Source: Balanoglossus misakiensis (Eukaryota > Animalia > Hemichordata). Taken from it: a stretch of DNA of 64,000 nucleotides. The first letter of the stretch is position 1. Every line of letters starts with the position of its first letter. This document shows, one piece after another, positions 47,575 to 59,689 of this stretch. The stretch is from contig CM082588.2 of NCBI GenBank assembly GCA_040954595.2, positions 2,874,513-2,938,512 on the forward strand. The letters run 5' to 3'. Both the position numbers and the translations under genes were made by a program. The notes beneath the pieces were generated by a model that worked only from the letters and a program-made list of their open reading frames with translations, had not been told where the DNA came from and did not search any database.

Positions 47575-48177
47575 AAAAAAGACACAAATATACAAAATGC
47601 AATAACTGTTTAATTATGAAGTGAAAACGAGGGATTTTTTATTTCCCGGGCTGCATGTATAGTTTAATATCCGTCAAGTTAGAGATCTAATAACAAGTCC
47701 AATTCAAAAGGTATTACCTAAACTACGTGTTTGGGGAGAAGAACTATATTTATTTATTATTATTTATTTATTATTGAGAAGTGTAGTTGCAGCGGTTTAG
47801 ATATCTAGACGACAAAGAATTGACAAACGAAGAAAGAAGAAGCGGAAAACTCTAACAATACAATTTCATTCACAAACGAGTACATTAAGTACTTTCCACT
47901 TTGAATAGAATGACCTGTTGTCACATTGAGCAGTGTTCTCGGGGTGAAGACCCGGATCAAGGAAGAAGATTTGCCTTCCCCGTTTGTACCTGTCATTATG
48001 GTGATTAGTTCTGCTGAGACATGAAGCAAACAGCATCGATTTTACAGCGTGCAGGTATTTGCTGCTATATGTATCGACTCTAGAGAAGAATAGTCTTCTT
48101 CCGTTGCACGGCCGCGATTCCAGGGTTCAGGTCTGATTAAGCTGTGAAGGAAGCTGTACTGGTTTGCCTGCTTGAAG

Positions 48178-49899
48178 ATGTATCTGTTCGTTGGTGATAA
48201 TTTCCTTGTATGTATCTGCCTGGGTTTACTGTTGCACAGTCACACTGGGAATGGACAGACAACACCGACACCCGAACCCAGTATTCTGAATCAACCAAGC
48301 AGCAAAACGGTAACATTTGAACATGGGGAGACGAGAACAACTTCCATTGAACTGGGGTGTAAGGTAAATAATCTACAGTCCGATCAGAAAGTATCGTGGC
48401 TGAAAGGATTCGCCGATACAATCATCAGCGATGATCGTATTCTTCGTACTGCGCATGTAGATCATTTGGTCGACTATGATAGATATTCCATCATTGGTGA
48501 TGAGACTGTTGGAGAGTACAACTTGCGGATAAGGTCGAGTTACCAAACTGCTGAATTTGACAGTGATGAACGTTATTACTGCGCTGTCTTCCATGATGAC
48601 CCTACTATACTGGCTTCTGTCATACGATCAAATGTTGCACAAGTGAACATATACGTTGTTCCTCGTACGATATACCCACAATGTTTCATAATCAACGTCA
48701 ATGAGACGCCAACAACAGATGTCACTGAAGGTGAACCAGTAACTTTGTTATGTCAATCAGACGTTGGATATCCTCCAGTTACCATGACATGGTCGAATAA
48801 TAACACTGCTGTGAATTTAACAAATAGTGTATCATCAGTTCAGAACGATATTACCATATCTGTTGAATATACGTGGATTCCAAAATTAGATGATGGACCT
48901 GTTGTTTTCACATGCTTAATTGACCACCCTGCCTTCGCCTTGTCTGGAGGTGGTAGACCCCGCACAACATGTTCTGTTGGACCCTTCAACATTCATGGAA
49001 GAACAACTCCTCAGCATACCACGCTATCAACGCAGAAAGAAAGGTCTACCACGATTGCAACACAACAAACCAGTGGATACAGTACTATTGCAAACACCGT
49101 TCCCATGTCACCCACGAGTAACCTCGATGAGCAGAGCGGAACGATGGCTGTCGCTGTAGGCAGTGCCAGCGCTGGTGTGGTTGTGATGCTGTTGGTTATC
49201 GTCGTTGTAGCTGTGCTCTGTATTAGAAAATCAAGGACAGACAAAAGCCATCACACCAGAAATGACCGGGACTTTATCGAAAACCCTTACGCTGTAGATA
49301 TCGTAGCCAACAAACCTGGGCATAATGACGCGAATCCTTATGACAGCATTGAGACAGATGACGTGGGTCGTGGAAGGGGCAATGTAGTGGAAGTTTCTGA
49401 TGCCGGTGCGGACAATCCAGACCTCGGCACAAATCGACAAATGCGTCAAAATGAAAGTGTTGGCATGACGACGATTGCGACACAGCACTTTAATGGAGTC
49501 GAGAAGCAAGGACCAGTTTATGCCGTGGCAGACAAAGTACAGAGGGAAAAGATGCAGAGGGAAGTAGATGCGGTGGTAGATTCAAGAGAAGATTTGAAAG
49601 AAAACAACTTTGCAGAGAATTGTGACCCTAAATCTTCTGAAACTGCAACCTGGCAACCAACTGCGGACTTCCCCTTTCCTAACAAAGTAGAGACGCACGT
49701 ATACGATGACGTGAGCGCTGGAAACATCGGACATGACCCGCCTGAAAATGCCGCAGATTCTGTGCGCGAGAAAATGAGCAGAAACGTGGAGGGGCTAAGC
49801 TACGCCGACCTGGATTTGAAGCAGCTGACGAAAGGTAGGAGAGTTCGGTCCGGCCAGGTGGACGAACCCCGGACCGTATACGCCGAACTGCAGTTGTGA
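48178..49899 (+). CDS. IgSF receptor 6: close paralog of receptor 5; 2 Ig domains, TM, ~220-aa tail with six Tyr motifs ending in ITIM + ITSM-like (573 aa, single-exon CDS)
   Basis: ATG at 48178 (MYLFVGDNFLVCICLGLLLHSHTG). D1 is nearly identical to that of receptor 5. TM AVAVGSASAGVVVMLLVIVVVAVLCI. Tail NPYAV, NPYDSI, PVYAVA, HVYDDV, LSYADL, TVYAEL. ATTAAA at ~49964 and AATAAA at ~50033. Confidence 0.9.
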   Translation: MYLFVGDNFLVCICLGLLLHSHTGNGQTTPTPEPSILNQPSSKTVTFEHGETRTTSIELGCKVNNLQSDQKVSWLKGFADTIISDDRILRTAHVDHLVDYDRYSIIGDETVGEYNLRIRSSYQTAEFDSDERYYCAVFHDDPTILASVIRSNVAQVNIYVVPRTIYPQCFIINVNETPTTDVTEGEPVTLLCQSDVGYPPVTMTWSNNNTAVNLTNSVSSVQNDITISVEYTWIPKLDDGPVVFTCLIDHPAFALSGGGRPRTTCSVGPFNIHGRTTPQHTTLSTQKERSTTIATQQTSGYSTIANTVPMSPTSNLDEQSGTMAVAVGSASAGVVVMLLVIVVVAVLCIRKSRTDKSHHTRNDRDFIENPYAVDIVANKPGHNDANPYDSIETDDVGRGRGNVVEVSDAGADNPDLGTNRQMRQNESVGMTTIATQHFNGVEKQGPVYAVADKVQREKMQREVDAVVDSREDLKENNFAENCDPKSSETATWQPTADFPFPNKVETHVYDDVSAGNIGHDPPENAADSVREKMSRNVEGLSYADLDLKQLTKGRRVRSGQVDEPRTVYAELQL

Positions 49900-51109
49900 G
49901 AAAATAGGAGTCGGTATCAATGGGAGCAACGAACACTAACGTCACCTTAGTTGACCCTGTCCTATTAAAGAATTCTCCAACAAAGAATCCTCATAAACGC
50001 CAAGAAGCTGCGATTTACATATGAATATAGCAAATAAAAGCACCTCTACACAACGGTTTTATTTTTACCCAGAGATGACTATCGGAGTGGAAAGGTCGTG
50101 AGAGAGGGAAGTCAGATCTCTCCGAGTCGACACATAATCAAATTCCATTTCATGAAAACAATTTGAATAAGACAATTTTAGACTTATTTCATTTTGCTCA
50201 TTTATCCCGGATAAACATTATTGCCCTTCTAATTGTGTCGGCGCTTAGAATTTCAGAGCAACGAGTTCGTTGATGGATGATTCTTAAACAACGGTAACTC
50301 ATGTGACCTTTAAACCGGGAAATTCACAAGAGCAAATAAGACAACTATTTGCGAATAGTTATCAGCTGAACTATTTACATTTAACCTTGTATTTTTTTAG
50401 AACAAGATATGTTACTTCTGGCAGCACTGAAAAATTGATTTCACACTGTATCTGATGCTTTTTTGAGTTTAAACACCTAACGTTTAACAATGTATTCAGA
50501 TTTATAGGAATATGCATTTACAATTCAGATATTCAGTTCAATCTATAGGTGATACGGTATATATTCACAGGTTGTACCTATTATTGTAAACAGACTGTTT
50601 TACGTCATTCAATTATTTTGGAAAATGCCACAGTCCTCCACAAAGGGAGCGTGTAAATGTAAACATTGTAAAAGATCAGAATTTTTCTGTAAATAAACGA
50701 CATTTCGACAGATGGTAGTTGTTGACCCAAGTGAATTCTCGTCTATTTACATTTGCATCCCGCATGTGTGCGGAAGCGCATGCATGAGACGGCGTTCAAG
50801 TTGTTCAGCACAAAAAACGAGGTAGTATATCGAGTTTTAGTCGTTGGTGGCGCATACCCATTCCCCCGATTTAATCTTCGACTCCGATCAAGCTAAAACG
50901 CCCTCACCTTTATGACTTTCGTCCGAGCCTCATCATCATACGGTAGTCCCACAACATATTATTTTAATCTATCTATGCAGTAATCCTTAAAACTAATGGT
51001 TTATACAATTTTAATCCGTTCACACAATTAATGCCAGCTCCATCTGTGCATCCGCCTTGGGTTTTTTTCCATTAGACCATACATCAGTCAATTTGCTGAT
51101 GATAGCGAA

Positions 51110-51176
51110 ACAACAAAACTACAGCAGCAGCAGCAACAACCAAAACAACAACAACAACAACAACAGCAACAACAAT
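51110..51176. repeat. Imperfect (CAG)n/(CAA)n trinucleotide microsatellite
   Basis: Read directly; it explains the spurious poly-Cys ORF at 51088-51270. Confidence 0.85.
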
Positions 51177-51893
51177 AAATACATGTACATGTATATGTCA
51201 TTCGCCGATATTTTATCTGATGTTCGTTAACATAAATTATTGTCGGTTGCGATCTACCAGATGTTAGCATTGCATAAGCTTATATGTCCAGCTTGTTGAT
51301 TGCTTCATTAGAGACTAAAACACCAAATGTTTTTCTGGTCTTTTCTAGGACACATACATTTCTAATATAATAAATGTGTCAAAGCCGCAATCTATCTATC
51401 TTGACATGAGTGGCATTGACCTGCTGCGTCCGTTGGTATACCCACCCAAGCTCTTGTCTACAAACTGGGTCAGTATTGTCGTTGTTGCTAACGGGATTCC
51501 TGGACTAACTGTGCATGGATTTAGCTGTAAACGGTTAAGCCTATCTCAAGCGCATAACGCGACAGTCCTGCACTCAAATTTTACTATTTCGTTAAAAAAA
51601 CATCACTTAACACACTGGCTGTGGTTACAAAGAGGCGTCGCTCTGATCTCCATATGCAAAGAACCCCCAATACATTCATATGTTAATAACAATGCGTTAT
51701 TATAATGTAGATTTACAATTGAGGATTTACGGCCTCCAATGGTAGGCGAGTCGTCATAGGTCATAACAGGTCGCGTTGTATGAGAAGGAAGTATGCCTAC
51801 GTTGCTTTGCCCGGCTTTCCACCGAGATAGCGTCTGTTGTTCGTGCTTCTGTGTGAGCAGGTACCAATCAATCTGCCCCGATGATCTCGAGAA

Positions 51894-53600
51894 ATGCTGA
51901 GGACTGTCTTCACGACGGAGTTCGTGGTGTTCTTCTGGCTGATCAGCGCGAACACCTGCCTGGCGGCGGTGAGTTTTGTTGTTCAGCCGAGCGATGTCGC
52001 TAGAGTTTTCGAACATGGCTCCACCGACACCCTGTCGGTTGTCTTGCGATGTAAGGTATCGGGGCTACTGTCATCGCAAAAGGTATGTTGGATGAAAAAT
52101 GGGCGGATTATCAGCGATAACCTTAATGTGCGAAGTATCGTTACGTTAGTGGATCACAGGTACTCAGTGAAAAGTGATGGAGATTCCGGACAATTTAATC
52201 TGCAAATTTCTCCCATTAATATTTACCATGTCACGTACGACGTAGGACAATACATATGTGCCGTTCTGACAAGAGCTGATGAAAACCGTGTCATAGTTTC
52301 GCACAGTGCAGACGTGGATATATATGTGATTCCGCGAGTGGAATACCCAACGTGCCTTTATAACGATACAGAAAGATCTGGTGAAATAACCGTTCTACCG
52401 GGATCAACTGTGATTTTATCCTGCCAATCCGACTTAGGAACCCCGCGTGTTTCCCTCGACTGGTACGTCGGTGGACCGGACCAGTCATCTCAACCACTCC
52501 CAGCAACAGAATCGGGAATAACCAACGAAGGGTTGGCTTTTATTAAGTACGGATCACTGCTGTCATCTTTGTACGATGGGGCCGTTTTCACTTGCCATTT
52601 ACAGCACCCCGGATTTAACGTCCCCGGTCACGAAAGATTAAACACAAACTGTACAATTGGGCCTTTCAATGTATTGCACGCTCCCGAGGTCACTTTACGA
52701 CCGAGCGAGAATGTTTTGATCACGACAGAATACGCGACAGTGAAATTTCAGTGCGCCTCGGTAGCTAACCCCCAAGTCCGTCGATATCTGTGGTTCTTCG
52801 ACAACGTCCCGGTCGTTGAAAACGACAGCAGATTTGTCGTCAACAATGGTGGACAGAATCTGACTATTTTTGGATTCAGCAGTAACGATAATGGCGACCA
52901 TGTAGTGTCGTGCAAGGCGGAAAATGAGTACGGCGACGGAACAGATGTTGTTTCTGTTTCGGTCGCTATAAGTCCACCACACTCATCGACGCTGCCTCAG
53001 GAATTTTCACCAAAGACTGCCTTTTCAACGACGCAAGGGAATACGAGTCGAAACGGCAGTAACACCTACGCCCCTGAACGGCAAAAAAATACCAATTTAG
53101 TTATTTATATCACAATACCCTTATGCGTCGCAATAGCAGCCGTTGTGGTCCTAATTGTGGCGTTTTTTGTTAAATTTCGGAGGAAGAAACCGGGTGATGA
53201 ACCACCTCGGGATCAGGATTTTAATAGTTTCACCAATGATACCTGCACGGTCGAGTCGGAGTCGACGGTCATCAGCGAGGAAATAAAAAATTGGGACACG
53301 GATACATACATGAACGTCAGCGCCCTTCAAATGTACGAAAACTCGAGGTCAACCACGGAAAGCCTCGAATCGAGAACAGATGACGACGTCAGTGAACGAC
53401 GGGATGCCAGGAACGACAAATTCCGGGAAGAGGCGGTCTACACGAAGCGACACGCCGGCGAAGAAGCCGTGTACGTCCAGCGGATAAGCCAACCGAACGG
53501 CGTGCCGGCGGGCTGGGTTGTGGACAGTCCGGACGGGACAAGATCAAACGGTAATGCCGCAGGGAGAAGACCCCGAAGGGGAGAAATATTTTACATATAG
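51894..53600 (+). CDS. IgSF receptor 7: 3 Ig domains (nectin/CADM-like layout), TM, tail with YxN motifs and a hydrophobic PDZ-type C-terminus (568 aa, single-exon CDS)
   Basis: Signal peptide MLRTVFTTEFVVFFWLISANTCLA. LRCKV..WMKNG..DVGQYICAV, LSCQSDLGTP..FTCHLQH, FQCASVANP..YLWFFDN..CKAENEYG. TM LVIYITIPLCVAIAAVVVLIVAFFV. Tail YMNV, YENS, two EEAVY units, ending GEIFYI. Confidence 0.92.
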   Translation: MLRTVFTTEFVVFFWLISANTCLAAVSFVVQPSDVARVFEHGSTDTLSVVLRCKVSGLLSSQKVCWMKNGRIISDNLNVRSIVTLVDHRYSVKSDGDSGQFNLQISPINIYHVTYDVGQYICAVLTRADENRVIVSHSADVDIYVIPRVEYPTCLYNDTERSGEITVLPGSTVILSCQSDLGTPRVSLDWYVGGPDQSSQPLPATESGITNEGLAFIKYGSLLSSLYDGAVFTCHLQHPGFNVPGHERLNTNCTIGPFNVLHAPEVTLRPSENVLITTEYATVKFQCASVANPQVRRYLWFFDNVPVVENDSRFVVNNGGQNLTIFGFSSNDNGDHVVSCKAENEYGDGTDVVSVSVAISPPHSSTLPQEFSPKTAFSTTQGNTSRNGSNTYAPERQKNTNLVIYITIPLCVAIAAVVVLIVAFFVKFRRKKPGDEPPRDQDFNSFTNDTCTVESESTVISEEIKNWDTDTYMNVSALQMYENSRSTTESLESRTDDDVSERRDARNDKFREEAVYTKRHAGEEAVYVQRISQPNGVPAGWVVDSPDGTRSNGNAAGRRPRRGEIFYI

Positions 53601-55029
53601 GTACGTCATCAGCAAACTGTTGTACCCAGGAACTATGTATACGAGTTAGCACGAACAAATGTACAGTTTTTTTAACGCTGCCGGAAGAAAAACAATCAAA
53701 AACCCTAATTTAAATAATATTTTAACTTACGCTTTTGTGATTAATTGGCTATTGTTGTCACGGCGTTAACAGAATGCCACTGTAACGTTGATAATAACAC
53801 AGTGACGGACAGAAGATCAGTAGTGTGTGGCAGGAACAGTATTTCATTTGATAGAAGGCTTTATTGTGCTGCAAAGAAATGTGAACGTGTATTGTTCAAC
53901 AGATGCGTAGAAGAGAAATGTTAATTTGCTAACTTGGACCACTGCCTAATTTTTAAAGAATAGATAACTAGCCTATGATGATTCATTATGTTTCCCTTTG
54001 TCTAAGTTAATGCCATATCCCCGAAAGTCATCATGTATTTTCCAACATTGGCCATGTTTAAACAATCAATCAACCATTTTTGTATGCAGTGTACTAGAAA
54101 TGTTTACGCGCATTTAGTTTTAGTTTTTCGACCCAAATATTAATTTTCGTCCATTTTTGTAAAACAGCTATCTGTCCACCAATAAGTATTAACGTATGAC
54201 GTCACTGCACAAAGCAGAGAAGATATTTTCTTAACATTTTACTTCGGGTCCGCATTGAGAATGTAAATAGAAAATTTCTGTCACTTGTGAGTCAGATTCC
54301 TGTAGCTCGTTTCTAAATAATCATGCCCACCACTGCCCTCGTAATGGCTTGGTAAATGAAAACTATATATGTAGAAAATTGTGCATATGCTGAATCTCTC
54401 GGGATGACTATTTTTAATTAAACACACAGGATATGTTTGTAAGCCTTGGACTTTCACAGAGTGTGTCTTTGTGTGCGTGCAGTGCAGTACAAAACAGTTT
54501 GCCGGTTGTCTTTCTGCGTGTAATCAAGCTGGCTAATTTAATCAGGTATCAATTAGCACCCACGGCGCGGTCATTAACAGTTCGTCTGTGGTGGAAGCAA
54601 CAAATTGACACGTGGTTCATGGCCTCTGTCGGGTGCCTTTATTCACAGTCAAGCGACCCGGCGTCTTTTTTGTTCTCGGATTTATAAACACTCCCATCTA
54701 TGGGTTTAATACTGCAAAATTAACGTGCTGGAATATCACGCATGCGGGGAGTCTCGTGTATAGGGGCCTCATTTTTCTTAGGGATCGCATTCGGAGGATT
54801 TGCTGTCACCTCGCAGCTTGTCGTGTATTTTTTGTGTTTGCATTGGTCGCATTGTTCTGGGTTCAAAAACGCGTTGAATCAAACCGTCAGCTGTCAGATC
54901 TCGACCCCACTCTCTCGCAAGCAGGGTATCGCACAATAAAGACCGGGAAAGCCTGACAGCTTTGCAACACTGGTAACGAACACTCCCATACTCAATGAAA
55001 GAGGTCACACTGTCTGGAGGGCCTGTGAA

Positions 55030-55450
55030 AAATCCTATCCTCGATGACTCTAAAAAACGAAAGCAAATTGTTTCAAGGGATTTAAATTTCAAAGCCAAAC
55101 ACACACCTGGTGAGAGCAAATCGGAAAGGTACACAAGACAGACAAACGTGACCCTAATAGAGAAACTTTGGTGTTTTCAGGAAACAATAGAGTGTCCTTT
55201 GCAAATATTTGGATTGGGAGCCAAATTGAAGTTACCGCAAATTTACCTTGATTGAAATTCAAAATGGCTACCACTGATGTATTGTTGAGCTCCTTGAAAA
55301 CACTACGGTGTACGCCCTTTTGGCCGCGTTTTCTTCTTTCAAAATAACTCCACGTAACTTTCACAAGGTGAAGAATGCATGGGTATAAAACTTTAAAAGT
55401 CATTGTTTTTAAAATTTATATTGTCAGAATTATGCCCCTTTTGGCTTTTA
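55030..55450 (-). repeat. Probable dispersed repeat or degenerate non-autonomous element, related to the 27.7 kb fragment
   Basis: Contains the reverse complement of the ggccattttgaatttcaa core seen at 27720. Boundaries are approximate. Confidence 0.4.
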
Positions 55451-55666
55451 TCCGATGACATATCAACGATACTGTGGCATTCCTTGGTCTTTTGTGCTTC
55501 AGGCCGATAATTAAGCAAGACGTATTGTTATAGTATTTTGCGTGCAAGCGTGATTTGGAGAACCGTGTCGTAACTACAAACAATCTAAATGTTTAGCAAG
55601 CAAAGCCACCCACGTCAGTTTCCACGTGTACGCACAGGGGGCAATTTGAAGGTGCATGGTCAGACA

Positions 55667-55704
55667 GTGACTGACTGGCCGTGACTGACTGACTGACTGA
55701 CCGA
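55667..55704. repeat. Interrupted (GACT)n microsatellite
   Basis: gtgactgactggccgtgactgactgactgactgaccgacc read directly. Confidence 0.75.
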
Positions 55705-58700
55705 CCCTGATTGTGGATGCATTGATTACTTTCTTGTTGGTCTATCGATTAATTGATGAATGATCAATGCTTCCCTGCTTGCTTGAATGGACGGTTTGAC
55801 TGACGAGTAATTGACTGGCCGATCAACTTTTTGATTTTCTAACACCAAAGCATAGAATGGTCTTCCAGCTATCGATTTATTCCGGTATTCAATCATTAGC
55901 ATACTCCTTCATTAAGAAAAGGAAGCGTCCCACAATCCGGCTTAATCAAGAGATTGTGGCCATAAAAGCCTGGAATTTGTCCTCGAGGCACTCGATGTGA
56001 CTTTAGAACAATTAAAAGCGCGCAACTCATTTGTACAAGTTAGTGGGAATTATGGACGCAATGTGGTTTATTGCATGGGATCCAGGCACTGTGTGTTGGA
56101 CTCGTCTTTGTAGGTCACTTAATGTTCTAACTGACCTTTGCAAAGACAAAGGTGTACGCTAAGTGTAAGACTTGTAAATCCGAAATCTGGTATGTGATTT
56201 CACCCACCCGTGAAGGCGGGATTCGGAACACTAATCTGACTAAGAAGCCGGCGACTTAAAACCGCACATTTTGCTGAGACAAATCGAAACATCTCCCCTG
56301 GGCGTTGGTCAGCCGTGTTATTTTTTAAGTACCTGGCCATGTTTGTCCGACTCGTATACGGGTGATGGAAGTGTTTATCCCATGCGCGACACTTTCAGAC
56401 GGACATGTTTATAGTCCGTGGAGAAAGACAAAACAAACCACGTGCCCTTCCTTCCCCGAAGGAAACTCTTCCAAGTGTGAAAAAAAGGACTGAGACACAC
56501 AAGATGAAGGGTTGTCCCCACTTCTGTCCAATGCTAACATTCTTTGAACAAGAATTATGAGTTTGGGTAATCAACCAACCCGCAGGGGAAGTGCAAAGTA
56601 CTCGCATTCCACCGTCGTTTTACTTATTTTAGAAAAGAACACCATGAAATGTTTTCACGTAACTTCAAATGACCTAGCGACTGAGATATGCTAGTTTATG
56701 ACAAACCGGTTATATATCGACGCCCTGTAGATTTACATGGGTATTGTAACAAACACACGTCATCAATGCGACGATGCGAATACTTGCTGAGGCGACAGGG
56801 GAGGGATTGATGACAGGACAGTTTCTGACCTTTTGGTGTAACCACCATATTGGATATGACAGTATGGTGGTGACCCCTGTGTGATTGGACATGCCTTCGA
56901 TACGTTATTTGTTTGCAGACACAAACGTCCCATACAAACATGAACAATGCAGCTTAGCTTTACAATTCCTCCGAATTGTAAGTTTTTTGGGGGAATGCTG
57001 GCGATTCTGATGAGCCAATTGGGATCAAGGATAACACGGCGTGATTTCGACACTCAAACTCTCAGAGAGTATCACCCATTCTCGTGTGTATTTCCTTTAT
57101 ATGCGTGAATATTCTGACCAGATGGTACTCATCACTTCAAGACAGACAACACCTTATGTCGAGTGGTCGTTAAACTGAAGGTGTCTTGTCGGTTCAGTCA
57201 GAACCCTGAAAGAGCACAAGCGCTTGTTGTTTCAGTCACACAACAGCCACAACACACCATTCTTTGTCCGGCTCCAGATTGAAATAAATATTCATTCGGG
57301 CGAGATAAAGACAGTATTCTTGCAGTGGGAGGCCGGCTGCGACCAGTGTTGCCAACACCCGGCCAGGGCAAGAATGCTATTATTCAACGTTTATGCGTCC
57401 AATCACTTAATTTTAAAGTAATAGTCTGAACCAGTTTCAGCATCACCTATACCTCGCCAACTATATTCAGAGGCGGAGTTGGTGGACTCATTATGTGTTT
57501 CAAAGTACCGGTGGCCCTGAGGCTCTGGTGGTTGTTTTGTCGCTTTGATCGCCATTCAATTGACTGTACAGTTTGGTACTATATATCAATCGGGAGGATC
57601 TCATAAACCGAGGTCGATTTTGTCGTATAGTAGTGGCCACCGTCGAAGGGCGTAACGAAATAGCGTCGCTATGGCATTGGCATTAGTCACATACCCGAAC
57701 AAATTCAAAGTCACAGAAGAAGAATTTGTGGTAATTCTATTGAAATGCAAATTACTAGTTCCCTCCCTTATTTCACTTCCCACCGGGCCATGTAGTTAAA
57801 AACGGATTCCGTCAGCACACTGTGACGTCATCAACGACTGGGACAGCGTGACAAAGAAGATTTACAAAGTGAGGTTCATTTATGTGGAACATCTGCAAGG
57901 CTAACAAAGAAGCGAACATCACTGGTGGGGGGAAACGCCTTTCATTTCTACTCGACCAGCGACAGATTGGTCGTGTAGGCGGGAAGCCAATTTCAGTGCA
58001 CAATTTCTGGTTGAACGATACCCAAGATTGTGGCATTGTCACACCTTGCCGCCACCCGTTTCACCACCTTTCTGGGAGAATTGAATTTTTGAGAGCATTG
58101 CTAATAGACCTTGGGGATAGAATAGACTAGTAGTAACTGCAACCACTTAGAGAAAACATGTATACAGTTCATTAGTTGGTTTGCCGGTGTGGCAATGAAT
58201 AGGTGGGCCGTGATTGATGCACGAATTAAATTGTATACCACGTCACCAAGCGCGCACTGGTCGCGTTCAAAGCGGCGTCCAAACGGACACTTTAAAAGAA
58301 TAGAAATCCTGGCACTTATTGTGTTGAGTGGCTTTGTGTATTGACCGTCCAAGAAAAAAGGGTCTTACAGATCACGGAGGCCTCGCTCTAACCCCATTTA
58401 AATACTCATGGCTATTCCAGCACACAGTCACCAACGCAAATCATCATCGTTACGGAAACTGCAGATGACAACACGGCTATACATAAAATCATAGTTTGTT
58501 TTGTTACCGATGCGAAACGATACTATAAAATGCAAGCATGTCGACATTATTCAAATGACTAGTCCTTGTTTGTGTTTGTCATCAAAATGTAAGCTACACC
58601 ACGCCTATGTGAATGTTATTTACATTCAAATGAGTTTTGTCAACCTTTGTACTTGCCATGAACCCACTCATCAGACGGTGATATTTACATCAACAAGTGC

Positions 58701-59605
58701 GCCACCTGTGGAGTACGCAGCCAGGCGTGACTGTGCACTCAGTCTCCATGACCCGTTCGCTCAGGTTGCCTTCGTCATATAACAGCGCAACCAACGGTAG
58801 AAATGCTAGGAGATCCAGGCTATGCTGGTTGAGGGATCACGAAGGCTGGCGTAGATGGCGTGCTTGGAGAAAACAAGTTGTGTTGCTGTGCAAATTCAGG
58901 CAACCAACTCGAAGATGCGAAAGTGTAGCGACTGTATTAAGCAAAGCCGAAACGATTGCTGCCGGATCGCAGCCACCAAAGTCATTTCAGTTACTATAAC
59001 CATCGACATTAGAAAAGAATATTGATTGCGCTATAACCATGGAAAAGACACCTGGACAATCGATAGAAAATAAATATACAACGAAAGCACTTAAAGGCCA
59101 AAATTAGTTCAGTTCCGTACACAACTTGGAAAAGCAATACCATAATTGGCCAAAGATGACGCCAATATGATCGTAAATACATATGTACATATTGGGCATT
59201 CTTTATCGGTGCTTGCATACCGATCTGGTGATAAGTTTACTACATGCTAAGGCGTGTTCTGGTCATGTTTACCTAGCTCTAGGTCCAAGCAACTTCGATG
59301 ACCCAGTAAGCAAAAAAAATCCCCCAATTTTACCGTATCAGCCTGGCTTTTACAGCGCATTGTGTTAACAGCAATAAAAAGAAACCAGCCCGTTTTCATT
59401 GTGAACAGTAATTGGACCCCGGTCGAAGTTATCTTAAAACTGTTACCATTGTTGACATGGTAACCTGAATAAAGGCTCAGAATGTCCTTGTAGCCAAGAC
59501 ATACAATGCAGGTCATGTGAGGTCAGCAAGATGACCTATCCGTCAGTTTCGCTAGCCTGAAATGGCATGAGTGAGAGGTTCCAACATTCGTCAGAGTGAG
59601 AATAT

Positions 59606-59656
59606 GGAAAGTCCCGCGGGAAATTCATTCACAAGTATGTCTTTAAGTTGTGTGGT
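59606..59656 (+). promoter_or_regulatory. Paired NF-kB sites plus a RUNX site just upstream of IgSF gene 8
   Basis: GGAAAGTCCC (59606-59615) is the reverse complement of the canonical kB site GGGACTTTCC. GGGAAATTCA (59618-59627) is a 9/10 match to GGGAAATTCC. TGTGGT is at 59651-59656 and the ATG at 59690. Confidence 0.55.
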
Positions 59657-59689
59657 TGCAGCTGAGTTGTAGAGACAGAGATCTGAAAT

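Noticed and set aside
51088-51270. Poly-Cys ORF resembling a metallothionein
   Set aside because: It is the antisense reading of a (CAA/CAG)n microsatellite.
56690-57060. Minus-strand ORF with VILDPNWL, reminiscent of a Roco COR-domain motif or a decayed gene
   Set aside because: Only a single short motif, flanked by stops, with no Roc GTPase or other supporting sequence recognisable. A tBLASTn/BLASTx of 53.6-59.6 kb would settle it.
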